From: an uncultured Chloroflexia bacterium | GTDB taxonomy: Bacteria; Chloroflexota; Limnocylindria; Limnocylindrales; CSP1-4 | DNA length: 64,000 bases | Assembly: GCA_963707215.1 (NCBI GenBank) | Contig: CAVPPB010000001.1 | Location: forward strand, 544,001 to 608,000 | Direction: 5' to 3' | In this document: one piece after another, positions 39,037-48,139 of the stretch | Layout of the letters: every line of letters starts with the position of its first letter | How positions within the stretch are numbered: the stretch's first letter is position 1 | The notes under the pieces: generated by a model | Seen by the model: the letters and a program-made list of their open reading frames with translations, nothing else | The model's database searches: none | Told to the model about the DNA's origin: nothing | Made by a program: the position numbers and the translations under genes

Positions 39037-39068
39037 GGGCGTCGATCCCTCCGTCAAGCCGGTGTCGA

Positions 39069-40724
39069 TCAGCTCGCGATCGAGTCCGGGTCACGTGATG
39101 GCAGTGTCACGATGATACGCGTACCGGCCCCGGGACCGCTCTCGATCGCGACGGCACCCCCGAGCGCGGTCGTCCGACCGCGGATATTGGCGAGGCCCTG
39201 ATGCGAGGGCCCCCGGACGAACTCCGGGTCGAAGCCCCGCCCGTTGTCGGCGATCTCCATCCGAAGCGAGCCATCGGATTCGGCCTCGACGCGCATCGCA
39301 GCCCGGCTGGCGTCGGCATGCCGGGCGATGTTCGAGAGGGCCTCCCGGGCGATCAGGAGCAACTGGAGCCGCGCCTCGGCGGGGAGCTCGCGATCGACGT
39401 CGCTCCCCACGACGAGGTCGATGTCGATCAACGTGTTGAGGCGGAACTCCTCGGCCAGGCCGGCCAGGCCGGTCGGCAGGTCGGCATCCACGAGGAGCTC
39501 CGGCCGAAGGCCGAAGATGAAGTTGCGGATGTCCCGGATCGCGAGGTTCAGTGATTCGATGGCCCGGTCGACGCGCTCGGCCGCCTCGGGCGGGCTCTCG
39601 TCCATCAGGTCGGGCACGTCCTCCAGCGAAAGGCCCACGGCATAGAGCCGCTGGATGATCCCGTCGTGGAGGTCGCGGCCGATCCGCTCCCGTTCCTCGA
39701 CGATGGCCAGGCGCTGGACCCGCTCGTGAAGGCGAGCGTTCTCGATGGCGATGCCGGCGTGGCGGGCGAACAGCTCGACGAACTCCTGGTCGGCTTCGGT
39801 GAACTCGTCCGCCCCGTGCTTGTCGGTCAGGTAGAGGTTGCCGACCGCGACCCCCTTGACTTCGATCGGGACCCCCAGGAACGAGCGCATGACGGGGTGG
39901 TCGGGCGGGAAGCCGGCACGCCGCGGATCGGCGGTGACGTCTGGGATGCGCACGGAGCCGCTGTGGAGGAGGTCCCCGAGGATGCCTCGGCCACGCGGCG
40001 GGGTGCCCACCCGGTCGCGCTCCTCCTGGGTCATGCCCGAGGTGATGAAGCGCTCCATCGCGCCGCGCTCGTCGAAGAGCCCGAGAGCCGCGTAGGACGC
40101 GTCGGAGAGGTCGCGGACGGTGTCGACGATGAGCTGGAGGACCCGGTCAAGGGACAACACGCCGGCGATCGCCCGGGTGGCCGTGTCGAGGGCAGCCAGT
40201 CGCTCGACCGTCCGGTGCATCCGGGCCCGGGTCCAGCCGGCCGCAAGGGCCAGCTCCACGGCCCGGACCGCGTAGGCGGCCGTCGGGTCGGGCCGGTCGA
40301 GCCAGAGGTCGCCGAGCAGGACGGCCGGGTCGCTGGCCGACAGCTCGTAGCGAACGAGATCCCCGGTGGCCGTCCCGGTCGGGACCTCGTCGGCCAGCGA
40401 TCCATCGCCGATGGCGATGGCCGGGAGCGGCTCCGCGTGCACGATGAGCCTGGCTCCCCGGGCGCGACAGGCCCGGACGAGGGCGGTCAGGGCCCGCTCG
40501 AGCCGGGCCTGGCGCTCGACGTCCGGCTCCTGCAGCCAGGCGTCCAACGCATCGAGGGCGACGACGACGGGGAATGCGTCGGCGCCGGGCGACGTTTCGG
40601 CCAGGGGGACGGCGACGGCCACCGGCACGACGCCCTCGGCCGGGTCGCCGGCCACGCCGAGCGCGCGGCCGGTCTCCGCGGGACGGTCCGCCGGGTCGGA
40701 CGCGGGGGGCGCACTCGGGTCCAT
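39069..40724 (-). CDS. DosS/DevS-like GAF-domain histidine kinase (HisKA_3)
   Basis: GAF segment P.GRGILG...GFPPDHPVMRSFLGVPI...GNLYLT; ERERIGRDLHD; EALSNIARHA; DNGRG; GLANI. Confidence 0.9.
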   Translation of the reverse strand: MDPSAPPASDPADRPAETGRALGVAGDPAEGVVPVAVAVPLAETSPGADAFPVVVALDALDAWLQEPDVERQARLERALTALVRACRARGARLIVHAEPLPAIAIGDGSLADEVPTGTATGDLVRYELSASDPAVLLGDLWLDRPDPTAAYAVRAVELALAAGWTRARMHRTVERLAALDTATRAIAGVLSLDRVLQLIVDTVRDLSDASYAALGLFDERGAMERFITSGMTQEERDRVGTPPRGRGILGDLLHSGSVRIPDVTADPRRAGFPPDHPVMRSFLGVPIEVKGVAVGNLYLTDKHGADEFTEADQEFVELFARHAGIAIENARLHERVQRLAIVEERERIGRDLHDGIIQRLYAVGLSLEDVPDLMDESPPEAAERVDRAIESLNLAIRDIRNFIFGLRPELLVDADLPTGLAGLAEEFRLNTLIDIDLVVGSDVDRELPAEARLQLLLIAREALSNIARHADASRAAMRVEAESDGSLRMEIADNGRGFDPEFVRGPSHQGLANIRGRTTALGGAVAIESGPGAGTRIIVTLPSRDPDSIAS

Positions 40725-40765
40725 GCCGGGAGGGTAGCATCGGGACGGCCCTCGCCGACCACCGG

Positions 40766-40801
40766 GGGCCACCCGGACCGCGAGCGCGGGACATGGGTCA
40801 C
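40766..40801. promoter_or_regulatory. Paired DosR-type boxes between the kinase and multicopper oxidase genes
   Basis: GGGCC-ACCC-GGACC (40766) and GGGAC-ATGG-GTCAC (40788, 22 bp later). Confidence 0.55.
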
Positions 40802-40838
40802 TATCGGGTCAGCAAGGAGGTACGGGAGCATCCCGCGC

Positions 40839-42158
40839 ATGTCTACCAACGAGCCGCAGGTCAACCTGCACCCCGATCCCGCCGCCCCGTCCGAGGCGGA
40901 TCCTGATCGAGCGAGCCAGGTCGCCGCGCCCCCCAGCGGGCTCGTGGTGCCGAGCGACGGCACCCTGTCCCGACGAGGATTCCTGGGCGCCGCGGCCGTC
41001 GCCGGAGGCGGAATCGTGGCCGCCACCGTTGCCGCCTGCACGCCGGCGGCCGGCGCCGGCTGGACCTTCGGTCCGACCTTCGTCCCGGGGGCAGCGGCCT
41101 CCCCCACCCCCGTGCCGTCGGCCGATGCCTCGGCCGCACCCTCGGCCGCGCCCAGCGCTTCCCCGGCGCCCAGCGGCCCACCGCTGCCGTCCGGCTGGTC
41201 GGAACATGACCTGCGAGCCCAGGAGAGGGTCCGCCGCTTCGTCGGCAACCTGGCCGGCCCGCTCGGCATGGGCGAGTTCCTCGACGACCCCCTGGGTCCG
41301 CCGACCGAGGACCCCGAGTTCACCAAGGTCCCCCAGGGCAACCAGCCACTGGAGCCCACGATCGACGGCGACACCAAGGTCTTCGACATCACGGTCGAGG
41401 AGATGGACTGGCCGATCGACGCCGAGCTTCCCCCGCTCAAGGCCCTCGGCTACAACGGCACCTGGCCCGGCCCGGCCATCAGGGTCACCGAAGGCGACAA
41501 GGTCCGCATCAACGTCAAGAACAACCTGCTCGAGACGACCGGCGTCCACTGGCACGGCCTGGAGCCGGAGGACTTCAAGCAGGACGGGATCCCCTTCGTG
41601 ACCCAGCTCCCGATCGTCCCCGGCCAGACCTTCACCTACGAGTTCGTGGCCCGACCCTTCGGATCGCACATGTACCACTCGCACCACAACGCGACCGACC
41701 AGGTGGGTCGCGGCCTTCTGGGCGCCTTCATCGTCGAGCCGGCAGACGTCGCCGAGTCCTACGCGCAGAAGTACGGCGTGACCCAGGAGGTCATCTTCAT
41801 CCACAACGACGCCCTCGGCGGCTTCACCATCAACGGCCACGGCTTCCCGGCCACGACGCCGATCGTCGCCAAGCTCGGCGAGAAGGTGTTGATCCGCTAC
41901 ATGAACGAGGGCACGATGATGCATCCGTGGCACACCCACGGGTTCCGCCAGCGGGTCGTGGCCCGGGACGGGGCCCCGCTGGGTGGCGCGGAGTTCTTCT
42001 GCGACACCCTGGGGGTCAACCCCGGCGAACGGTTCGACGCGATCGTGGATTGCGATCGACCGGGCGTTTGGGCCTTCCACTGCCACATCCTCCCCCACGT
42101 CGAGGGTCTCGACGGCATGTTCGGCATGGTGACGGCGCTCGTCGTCCTGCCCGAATGA
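40839..42158 (+). CDS. Tat-exported (possibly lipoprotein) two-domain multicopper oxidase
   Basis: SRRGFLG Tat motif, VAAC possible lipobox, HWHG, MYHSH, HPWHTHG, HCHILPH...M. Confidence 0.88.
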   Translation: MSTNEPQVNLHPDPAAPSEADPDRASQVAAPPSGLVVPSDGTLSRRGFLGAAAVAGGGIVAATVAACTPAAGAGWTFGPTFVPGAAASPTPVPSADASAAPSAAPSASPAPSGPPLPSGWSEHDLRAQERVRRFVGNLAGPLGMGEFLDDPLGPPTEDPEFTKVPQGNQPLEPTIDGDTKVFDITVEEMDWPIDAELPPLKALGYNGTWPGPAIRVTEGDKVRINVKNNLLETTGVHWHGLEPEDFKQDGIPFVTQLPIVPGQTFTYEFVARPFGSHMYHSHHNATDQVGRGLLGAFIVEPADVAESYAQKYGVTQEVIFIHNDALGGFTINGHGFPATTPIVAKLGEKVLIRYMNEGTMMHPWHTHGFRQRVVARDGAPLGGAEFFCDTLGVNPGERFDAIVDCDRPGVWAFHCHILPHVEGLDGMFGMVTALVVLPE

Positions 42159-42175
42159 GCTGACCGGCAGGACCG

Positions 42176-42667
42176 ATGACGTCGACGGGACCCGAGTCAC
42201 CGCAAGGAGCCCCGGCCGGATCCGGCACGCTCCTGCTGGCGACCGACCTGTCGACGGCGTCGGCAGCGGCCACCGCCGCGGCCTTCGACCTGGCCGCCCG
42301 TCTCAGCTCGTCGCTCCTCATCGTCAGCGTCATCGACCCGGGTCAGCTGCGCCTGCCGGGTGGCCGATTCGGCTCGCGGGTCGACCAGATCCGGGCCCAG
42401 CAGGAGGCGGCCGCCCAGGAGCTCGTCGGGCGGGGTCGCCGCCTCGGCGTCTCCGTCGCGTTCCTGATCTGGGAGGGTGACCCGGGCGAATCGATCATCG
42501 AAGCCGCGACCGCGGAGCGGGTCGAGATGATCGTGGTCGGGAGCCACGGCCGGGGCGGGGTCGGTCGCGCCCTCATCGGGAGCGTATCGGACCACGTCGT
42601 CCGCCATGCGTCATGCCCGGTCCTGGTGGTTCGCCAGGACGTCGAGGAGGGACGCGTCGCCGGCTGA
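42176..42667 (+). CDS. Universal stress protein
   Basis: LLATDLS, EGDPG, IVVGSHGRGG...IGSVSDHVVRHASCPVLVVR. Confidence 0.93.
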   Translation: MTSTGPESPQGAPAGSGTLLLATDLSTASAAATAAAFDLAARLSSSLLIVSVIDPGQLRLPGGRFGSRVDQIRAQQEAAAQELVGRGRRLGVSVAFLIWEGDPGESIIEAATAERVEMIVVGSHGRGGVGRALIGSVSDHVVRHASCPVLVVRQDVEEGRVAG

Positions 42668-42741
42668 GCACCGGGTCGCTCCCAGGGCCGATCACCACGT
42701 CCGCCGGTCCGGTCGGACACCCGGCGGCCCGGGCCGCGGCG

Positions 42742-43524
42742 TCAGCCGGTGTACGCGCCCCCGGGATCGAGCTCCTCGCGGATGAGCCGGATCTCTTCGG
42801 CGGTAGGCGCCGGCGTCGTGGCCAGGTCCGGGGAGATCCGCGGCTCCCAGCCCATGGTGCCCCGGACCTCCTCGAGGGTCGCCCCCTCGTGGAGAAGGTC
42901 GAGCCGCATCTCGCCCTGCTCGTCGAAGTGGTAGATGCCGAGGTCGGTCACCACGACGGACGGGCCGCGGCCAAGCCAGCCCTGCTCGCGGCGGATCCGC
43001 TCGGCCTGCTCGGCCCCGCCGAGGTTCCCCGGCGAGGTCCGGAAGTCGATCCGCTCCACGAACGAGCGGGCCGACTGGCGCATGATCACGAAGACCTGGC
43101 GGGCGTTGATCGCGATCTCGCAGGCGCCGCCGCTCCCCGGCAGGCGCGTCCTGGGTGCCGCGTAGTCGCCGATGACGGTCGTGTTGATGTTGCCGAAGCG
43201 GTCGATCTGGGCCGCGCCGAGGAAGCCGACGTCGACCAGGCCGCCCTGGAGGTAGAAGGCGAACAGCTCGAACATCGAGGTCACGGCCGTGGCCCCGGTC
43301 ACGATCGTCGGGTCGCCGATGGAGAGCGGGAGACGAGCCGGCTGGGCGCCGAAGACGCCGGCCTCGTAGACGAGCTCGAGGTCGGGCGAGACGGTCCGCT
43401 TGGCCAGGTTCACGGCGATGTTCGGCAGGCCGACGCCGACGAAGCAGACCCGCTGCCCGGCCAGCTCGCGGGCGGCGGCGACGATCATCATCTCCGTCCG
43501 GGAGAAGCCCTCCGTGGCGGTCAT
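42742..43524 (-). CDS. CoA-transferase subunit B (GctB/CatJ family)
   Basis: CFVGVGLP, VYEAG, FLGAAQIDRFGNINTT, LPGSGGA. Confidence 0.9.
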   Translation of the reverse strand: MTATEGFSRTEMMIVAAARELAGQRVCFVGVGLPNIAVNLAKRTVSPDLELVYEAGVFGAQPARLPLSIGDPTIVTGATAVTSMFELFAFYLQGGLVDVGFLGAAQIDRFGNINTTVIGDYAAPRTRLPGSGGACEIAINARQVFVIMRQSARSFVERIDFRTSPGNLGGAEQAERIRREQGWLGRGPSVVVTDLGIYHFDEQGEMRLDLLHEGATLEEVRGTMGWEPRISPDLATTPAPTAEEIRLIREELDPGGAYTG

Positions 43525-44435
43525 CGGTAGTCCCCGTAGTCGACGCTGCCGGAGGGCGCGTGGCCCGGCCGCAGGGCGGCCAGCCGCTCCTCGCCGAGCC
43601 TGGCCACGTAGGCGGCCCGACCATCGAGGCCGTAGACCCACTCGCGGAGCCACGCCTCGGTCGTGACCGGGTCTCGACTGATGGGATCCCAGTCGAGGTA
43701 GAACCGGTTGTCCCGGTCGTAGCTGCCCTGGACGTACGAGGGGTGGGCCCCCCATGGCTCGACGACCACCGCATCGACGATCAGGCCGGGGATGATCGTC
43801 CGGTTCGGGTCGGCCCTGATGACGGCCTCGTCGACGAGCTCTTCCACGACGACGATGACCCGCTCGGCGGCGAACGCCGCTTCCTTCTGGCAGCCGAGCA
43901 GGCCCCAGACCTGGGTGTCGCCGTTGGCCGAGGCCCGCTGGGCGTGGACGATCGTCACGTCGGGGCGGAGCGGCGGCACCGCGTAGACGACGCCCTCGCC
44001 GTACGGGGACTCCACCTGCCGGATCAGCGGGTTGGCCACCGGCAGATCCGTCTCGAAGTAGCTGCGGAGGGGGAAGAACGGGAGCCCGGCAGCGCCCGCG
44101 GTGTAGCGGGCGACCATGCCGAAGTGGCTGTACTCCTCCAACTCCAGCGATGCCTCGAGACCCTCGGTGACCCGCCGGATGGCATGGAGGCCGCCGACGC
44201 CGGGGTTCCCGAGCCAGCTGAAGACGAGCTTGCGGGCGACCCCGGCGGCGATCATCTGGTCGTAGATGACGTCGGGGGTCATCCGGGCCAGGACGAGGTC
44301 CCGTCGGCCCTGGCGGATGATCTCGTGCCCGGCCGCGAACGAGATGAGGTGGGTGAAGCCCTCGATGGCGACCGTGTCGCCGTCCCGCACGAGCTCCGCG
44401 ATCGCATCCCGCATCGAGGCGACCTTGTGGGTCAC
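43521..44435 (-). CDS. CoA-transferase subunit A (GctA/CatI family)
   Basis: EGFTHLI, GHEIIRQ, RMTPD, GNPGVG, PWGAHPS. Confidence 0.9.
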   Translation of the reverse strand: MTHKVASMRDAIAELVRDGDTVAIEGFTHLISFAAGHEIIRQGRRDLVLARMTPDVIYDQMIAAGVARKLVFSWLGNPGVGGLHAIRRVTEGLEASLELEEYSHFGMVARYTAGAAGLPFFPLRSYFETDLPVANPLIRQVESPYGEGVVYAVPPLRPDVTIVHAQRASANGDTQVWGLLGCQKEAAFAAERVIVVVEELVDEAVIRADPNRTIIPGLIVDAVVVEPWGAHPSYVQGSYDRDNRFYLDWDPISRDPVTTEAWLREWVYGLDGRAAYVARLGEERLAALRPGHAPSGSVDYGDYR

Positions 44436-44496
44436 GCCGCGTCCTCCTCCATGGGTCCGGTGTCGGGGCCGCTCGACCCCCGCCGAGCGGCCCGAG

Positions 44497-45858
44497 TCAC
44501 CCCGCCGACTCGGGCTCCTCGTCGAGCAGCCCCTCCAGGGCTGCCTGGTGGACCGCCTCGACGGACTCGCGGTGGTGGAGCGCGACCTCCTCGACGGCCT
44601 CGCCGAAGACCCGGATGGCGGTGGCCATCTCGTCCTCCGTCACCACGAGCGGCGGCGACATCCGCACCGCGTCGTCACCGGCCTCGAGGACGAGCAGGCC
44701 CCGGCGGAAGGCCGCCAGCTGGACGGCCTCGGCCGTATCGCCCGAGTCGAACTGGACGCCGATCATGAGGCCTCGCCCGCGGATCTCGCGGACGGCGCCC
44801 GGGAACCTGTCCAGCAGGTAGCCAAGGCCCTCGTGCGCCTGGCGACCCCGGTCCGCCGCATTCTCGATGAGGCCCCCCTCCAGCAGCGCCACGGTCTCCA
44901 TGAGCGCCGCCAGGGCGACCGGGTTGCCGCCGTACGTGGAGCCGTGCGCGCCGGGCCCCCAGTCCATGACCCCGGCCCGCGCGATCATCGCGCCGATCGG
45001 CATGCCCGAAGCGATGCCCTTGGCGGTCAGGAGGATGTCCGGCTCGACCCCCGAGTGCTCGACCGCCCACATGCGGCCGGTCCGGCCGGCGCCGGACTGG
45101 ACCTCGTCGGCGATGAGCAGGATGCCGTGGCGGTCGCAGAGCTCGCGCAGCCGAGGCAGGAAGTCGTCCTCGGGGACGACATAGCCGCCCTCGCCCTGGA
45201 TCGGCTCGACGATGACGGCGGCGAACTCCTCGGCCGGCATGAGGCGCTTGAAGACGCGCGACTCGATCTCGTCGAGGCCGGCGTTGCCGAAGGGGACGTG
45301 GTAGACGCCCGGCAGCAACGGCCCGAAGTGGGCGTGGTACTTGGCCTTGCTGGCCGTCAGGCTGAGGGCACCGTAGGTCCGCCCGTGGAAGGCGCCCAGG
45401 AACGCGATCACGTTCGGCCGACCGGTGTGATAGCGCGCCAGCTTCAGGCCCGCTTCGACCGCCTCGGCGCCGCTGTTGCCGATGAAGGTCCGGACCGGCC
45501 GCGACATCGGGGCGATCCGGGCGAGCTCGGCTGCCGCCTGGGCGTAGATCGGCAGGTAGAAGTCCGACGCGCTGAAGTGGATCAGGGACTCGGCCTGACG
45601 GGCGATGGCGGCGCTGATCCGTGGATGGGCGTGGCCGGTGGAGTTGACGGCGATCCCGGCGGCGAAGTCCAGGAAGAGGTTCCCGTCGATGTCCTCGACC
45701 GTGCAGCCCTCGCCGCGGACGGGGACGATCGGGTAGGCCCGTGGCAGGCTCGGGCTGGTCCAGGCGTGATCGAAGTCGATGTGGGCGCGAGCCTTGGGCC
45801 CGGGCAGCTCGGTCACGATGCTCGGCACGGGACGCGCCTGCACGACGGGTGCGGTCAC
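44497..45858 (-). CDS. Class III PLP aminotransferase (GABA/ornithine-type)
   Basis: LDFAAGIAV, NSGAEAVE, FHGRT, EPIQGEGG, DEVQSG, TAKGIASG. Confidence 0.93.
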   Translation of the reverse strand: MTAPVVQARPVPSIVTELPGPKARAHIDFDHAWTSPSLPRAYPIVPVRGEGCTVEDIDGNLFLDFAAGIAVNSTGHAHPRISAAIARQAESLIHFSASDFYLPIYAQAAAELARIAPMSRPVRTFIGNSGAEAVEAGLKLARYHTGRPNVIAFLGAFHGRTYGALSLTASKAKYHAHFGPLLPGVYHVPFGNAGLDEIESRVFKRLMPAEEFAAVIVEPIQGEGGYVVPEDDFLPRLRELCDRHGILLIADEVQSGAGRTGRMWAVEHSGVEPDILLTAKGIASGMPIGAMIARAGVMDWGPGAHGSTYGGNPVALAALMETVALLEGGLIENAADRGRQAHEGLGYLLDRFPGAVREIRGRGLMIGVQFDSGDTAEAVQLAAFRRGLLVLEAGDDAVRMSPPLVVTEDEMATAIRVFGEAVEEVALHHRESVEAVHQAALEGLLDEEPESAG

Positions 45859-45916
45859 GGATCCTCCTCGGGAACACGCCCCACCGGCCCGCGGTCGCCC
45901 GCCGGATCGCCGAGGC

Positions 45917-45941
45917 GCATAGGTCTTATGCAGATTGCATA
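45917..45941. promoter_or_regulatory. AT-rich overlapping palindromes (putative operator) upstream of the aminotransferase operon
   Basis: GCATA-GGTCT-TATGC overlapping TATGCA-GAT-TGCATA. Confidence 0.45.
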
Positions 45942-46078
45942 GGGAGTATAGCCGGCCGCCGGTGCTCCTCGAGGGCCGGCCGTCACCTGAAGGTCACCCT
46001 CGGCGTGCCCAGCAGCCCTCGATCGGATGGGCCGGATGGGCCTGCGGCGGGCACCGGCGTCGCGCTAGCGTCCGTCCC

Positions 46079-46435
46079 GTGCTCACCGTCGCGGCCGGCT
46101 ACGCCATCCTCGTCGCCATCATGGTCATCGGCCTGTGGGTCGGCTCGCTCCTCCGGGGAGCGGTCCCCGAGCTGGCGACCGAACCATGGGAGATCCGCTT
46201 CCACATCGCAGCGGAGACCGGGATGGCGGCGCTGCTGGCCGTCGGCGGGCTGCTGGCCCTGGCCGGCGCGCCCGGCGCCGAAGGCCTCCTGCTGCTGGGT
46301 CTGGGAGCGGTCCTCTACTCGGTCGTCAACAGCTCCGGTTACTACGCCCAGCGGGGCCAGGTCGCGCCACTGTTGCTCTTCGGGATCCTCCTCGCGGTGA
46401 CCGTCGCGATCGCGATCGCGCTCATCGTCGCCTGA
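46079..46435 (+). CDS. Small 4-TM hypothetical membrane protein
   Basis: Hydrophobic ORF with EIRFHIAAE and NSSGYYAQ; start uncertain. Confidence 0.65.
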   Translation: MLTVAAGYAILVAIMVIGLWVGSLLRGAVPELATEPWEIRFHIAAETGMAALLAVGGLLALAGAPGAEGLLLLGLGAVLYSVVNSSGYYAQRGQVAPLLLFGILLAVTVAIAIALIVA

Positions 46436-46490
46436 CGGAACGACGCCCGGCCGTCGGGCCGGGCGTCGTTGCTCGCGGGTGGTGCGCTGG

Positions 46491-48071
46491 TCAGTCGACG
46501 ACGGTGTGGCTCTGCTCCCGCAGGAACTGGGCGACGTAGTACATGCTCAGACCGCTCTTGCCCGTGGAGCCGGAGCCCTTCCAGCCGCCGAACGGCTGCT
46601 GGCCCGGCCAGGCGCCGGTCGTGGCACCAGCCCGCCGGTTCACGTACAGGACGCCGGCCTGGATCTCGTCGAGGAACCGCTGGACCTCGGCCGGGTCCTC
46701 CGAGTAGACCCCCGCCGTGAGGCCGTAGAGATTGTCATTGGCCAGGGCCAGGGCCTCGTCGAGCGAGTCGACCGGGTGGACCGCGGTGAAGGGGGCGAAC
46801 AGCTCGTCCTGGAAGAGACGGTGGTCGGCCGAGAGGCCCCCGACGACCGTCGGCTCGACGTAGAACCCGCGGGCCATGTCGCCATCCGTCAGGTGCTCAC
46901 CGCCGATGTAGACGGTCCCGTCACGGCGGGCCTCGGCAACGGCCTGCGACCAGCGGTCGACGGCCCGCCCATCGATGACGGGGCCCAGGAAGACCTCCCG
47001 ACGGAGCGGGTCGCCGATGACCAGCTTCTCGGTCTTCTCGACGAGCAGACGGATCAGCTCGTCGTGGACGGAGCGGTCCACGTAGACACGGCTGTTCGCC
47101 GAGCACTTCTGACCGCCGAAACCGAAGGCCGAGCGGACGATGCCGTCGGCCGCCTCGTCCAGGTCGGCCGAGCGGGCCACGATGGCCGGATTCTTGCCGC
47201 CCATCTCCACGATGCAGGGCCGCGGGTAGCGGGTCGAGAAGGTCCGGTAGAGATCGAAACCGACCTCGTAGGAGCCGGTGAAGACGATCCCGTCGATGCC
47301 CGGGTTCTCCCGCAGCTCCGCCCCGACGGACTCGCCGGGTCCCATGACCAGGTTGATGGCCCCGTCGGGGACACCCGCGTCACGGTAGGCCTCCATGAGC
47401 GTGATGGCGCTCATGGAGCTGGCCGTCGCCGGCTTGAAGACGACCGTGTTGCCGGCCAGGAGGGCCGCCGACGAGGGACCGGCCGCCAGGGCCATCGGGA
47501 AGTTGAACGGGCTGATGACCGCGAAGACGCCGTGCGGGCGGAGGATCGAGCGGGTTTGGACGCCCTCGACGCCACCGTTGTCCATCGGGTGGTCGTAGTA
47601 GTCGTTGTCCTCGGCCGTCTGGCAGTAATAGCGGATCAGGTCGGCCGACTCCTCGACCTCGCCGAGCGCCTCGAGGCGGCTCTTGCCGACCTCGATCGCC
47701 ATCAGCGCGCCGTACTCCATCTGCCGCTCGCTGATCAGATCGGCCGCCCGCCGGAGGATGGCGATGCGCTCCTCCCACGGGGTCGCGGCCCAGGCCGGCT
47801 GGACGGCCCGGGCGGCCGCGATGGCATCCACGACGTCGGCCCGGGTCCCTCGGGCGAAACGGCCGACGAGGATGTCCGTGTCGATCGGCGAACGGAGCTC
47901 GGACTCGCCGTCGCCGCCGCGCTGGCGGCCGCCGATGAAGTTCTGGTGGCTCTTGCCGAGGCGAGCCCGCGCCCGCTCGAGGCCCTGGTCGTAGGCGGCG
48001 TGGAGCTCCTCGTTGTCGGCCCGGAGCGTGGCGTAGGTGATCTTGATCCGCGGACGCGGGTCGGTCGTCAT
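46491..48071 (-). CDS. Aldehyde dehydrogenase (P5C dehydrogenase-like)
   Basis: ISPFNFP, FTGS, EMGGKNP, GQKCSA, ELFAP, QPFGGWKGSG. Confidence 0.93.
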   Translation of the reverse strand: MTTDPRPRIKITYATLRADNEELHAAYDQGLERARARLGKSHQNFIGGRQRGGDGESELRSPIDTDILVGRFARGTRADVVDAIAAARAVQPAWAATPWEERIAILRRAADLISERQMEYGALMAIEVGKSRLEALGEVEESADLIRYYCQTAEDNDYYDHPMDNGGVEGVQTRSILRPHGVFAVISPFNFPMALAAGPSSAALLAGNTVVFKPATASSMSAITLMEAYRDAGVPDGAINLVMGPGESVGAELRENPGIDGIVFTGSYEVGFDLYRTFSTRYPRPCIVEMGGKNPAIVARSADLDEAADGIVRSAFGFGGQKCSANSRVYVDRSVHDELIRLLVEKTEKLVIGDPLRREVFLGPVIDGRAVDRWSQAVAEARRDGTVYIGGEHLTDGDMARGFYVEPTVVGGLSADHRLFQDELFAPFTAVHPVDSLDEALALANDNLYGLTAGVYSEDPAEVQRFLDEIQAGVLYVNRRAGATTGAWPGQQPFGGWKGSGSTGKSGLSMYYVAQFLREQSHTVVD

Positions 48072-48139
48072 CGGGACTCCCCTGCTGTACATGGGTCGAC
48101 GGCGGCCGCCACCAGGCGGCCGACTTGGGGATCGCGGAG

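Noticed and set aside
41090-41200. Pro/Ala/Ser repeats in the multicopper oxidase gene as a DNA repeat element
   Set aside because: Ordinary low-complexity linker of an exported protein.
40839-42158. Copper nitrite reductase NirK
   Set aside because: NirK has its T1 Cys in domain 1 (YHC). Here domain 1 reads YHSH, HCH is in domain 2, and the trinuclear-cluster His motifs are present.
46029-46042. DosR-like box GGGCC-GGAT-GGGCC outside the island
   Set aside because: Poor right half-site, no phased partner, and expected by chance at this GC content.
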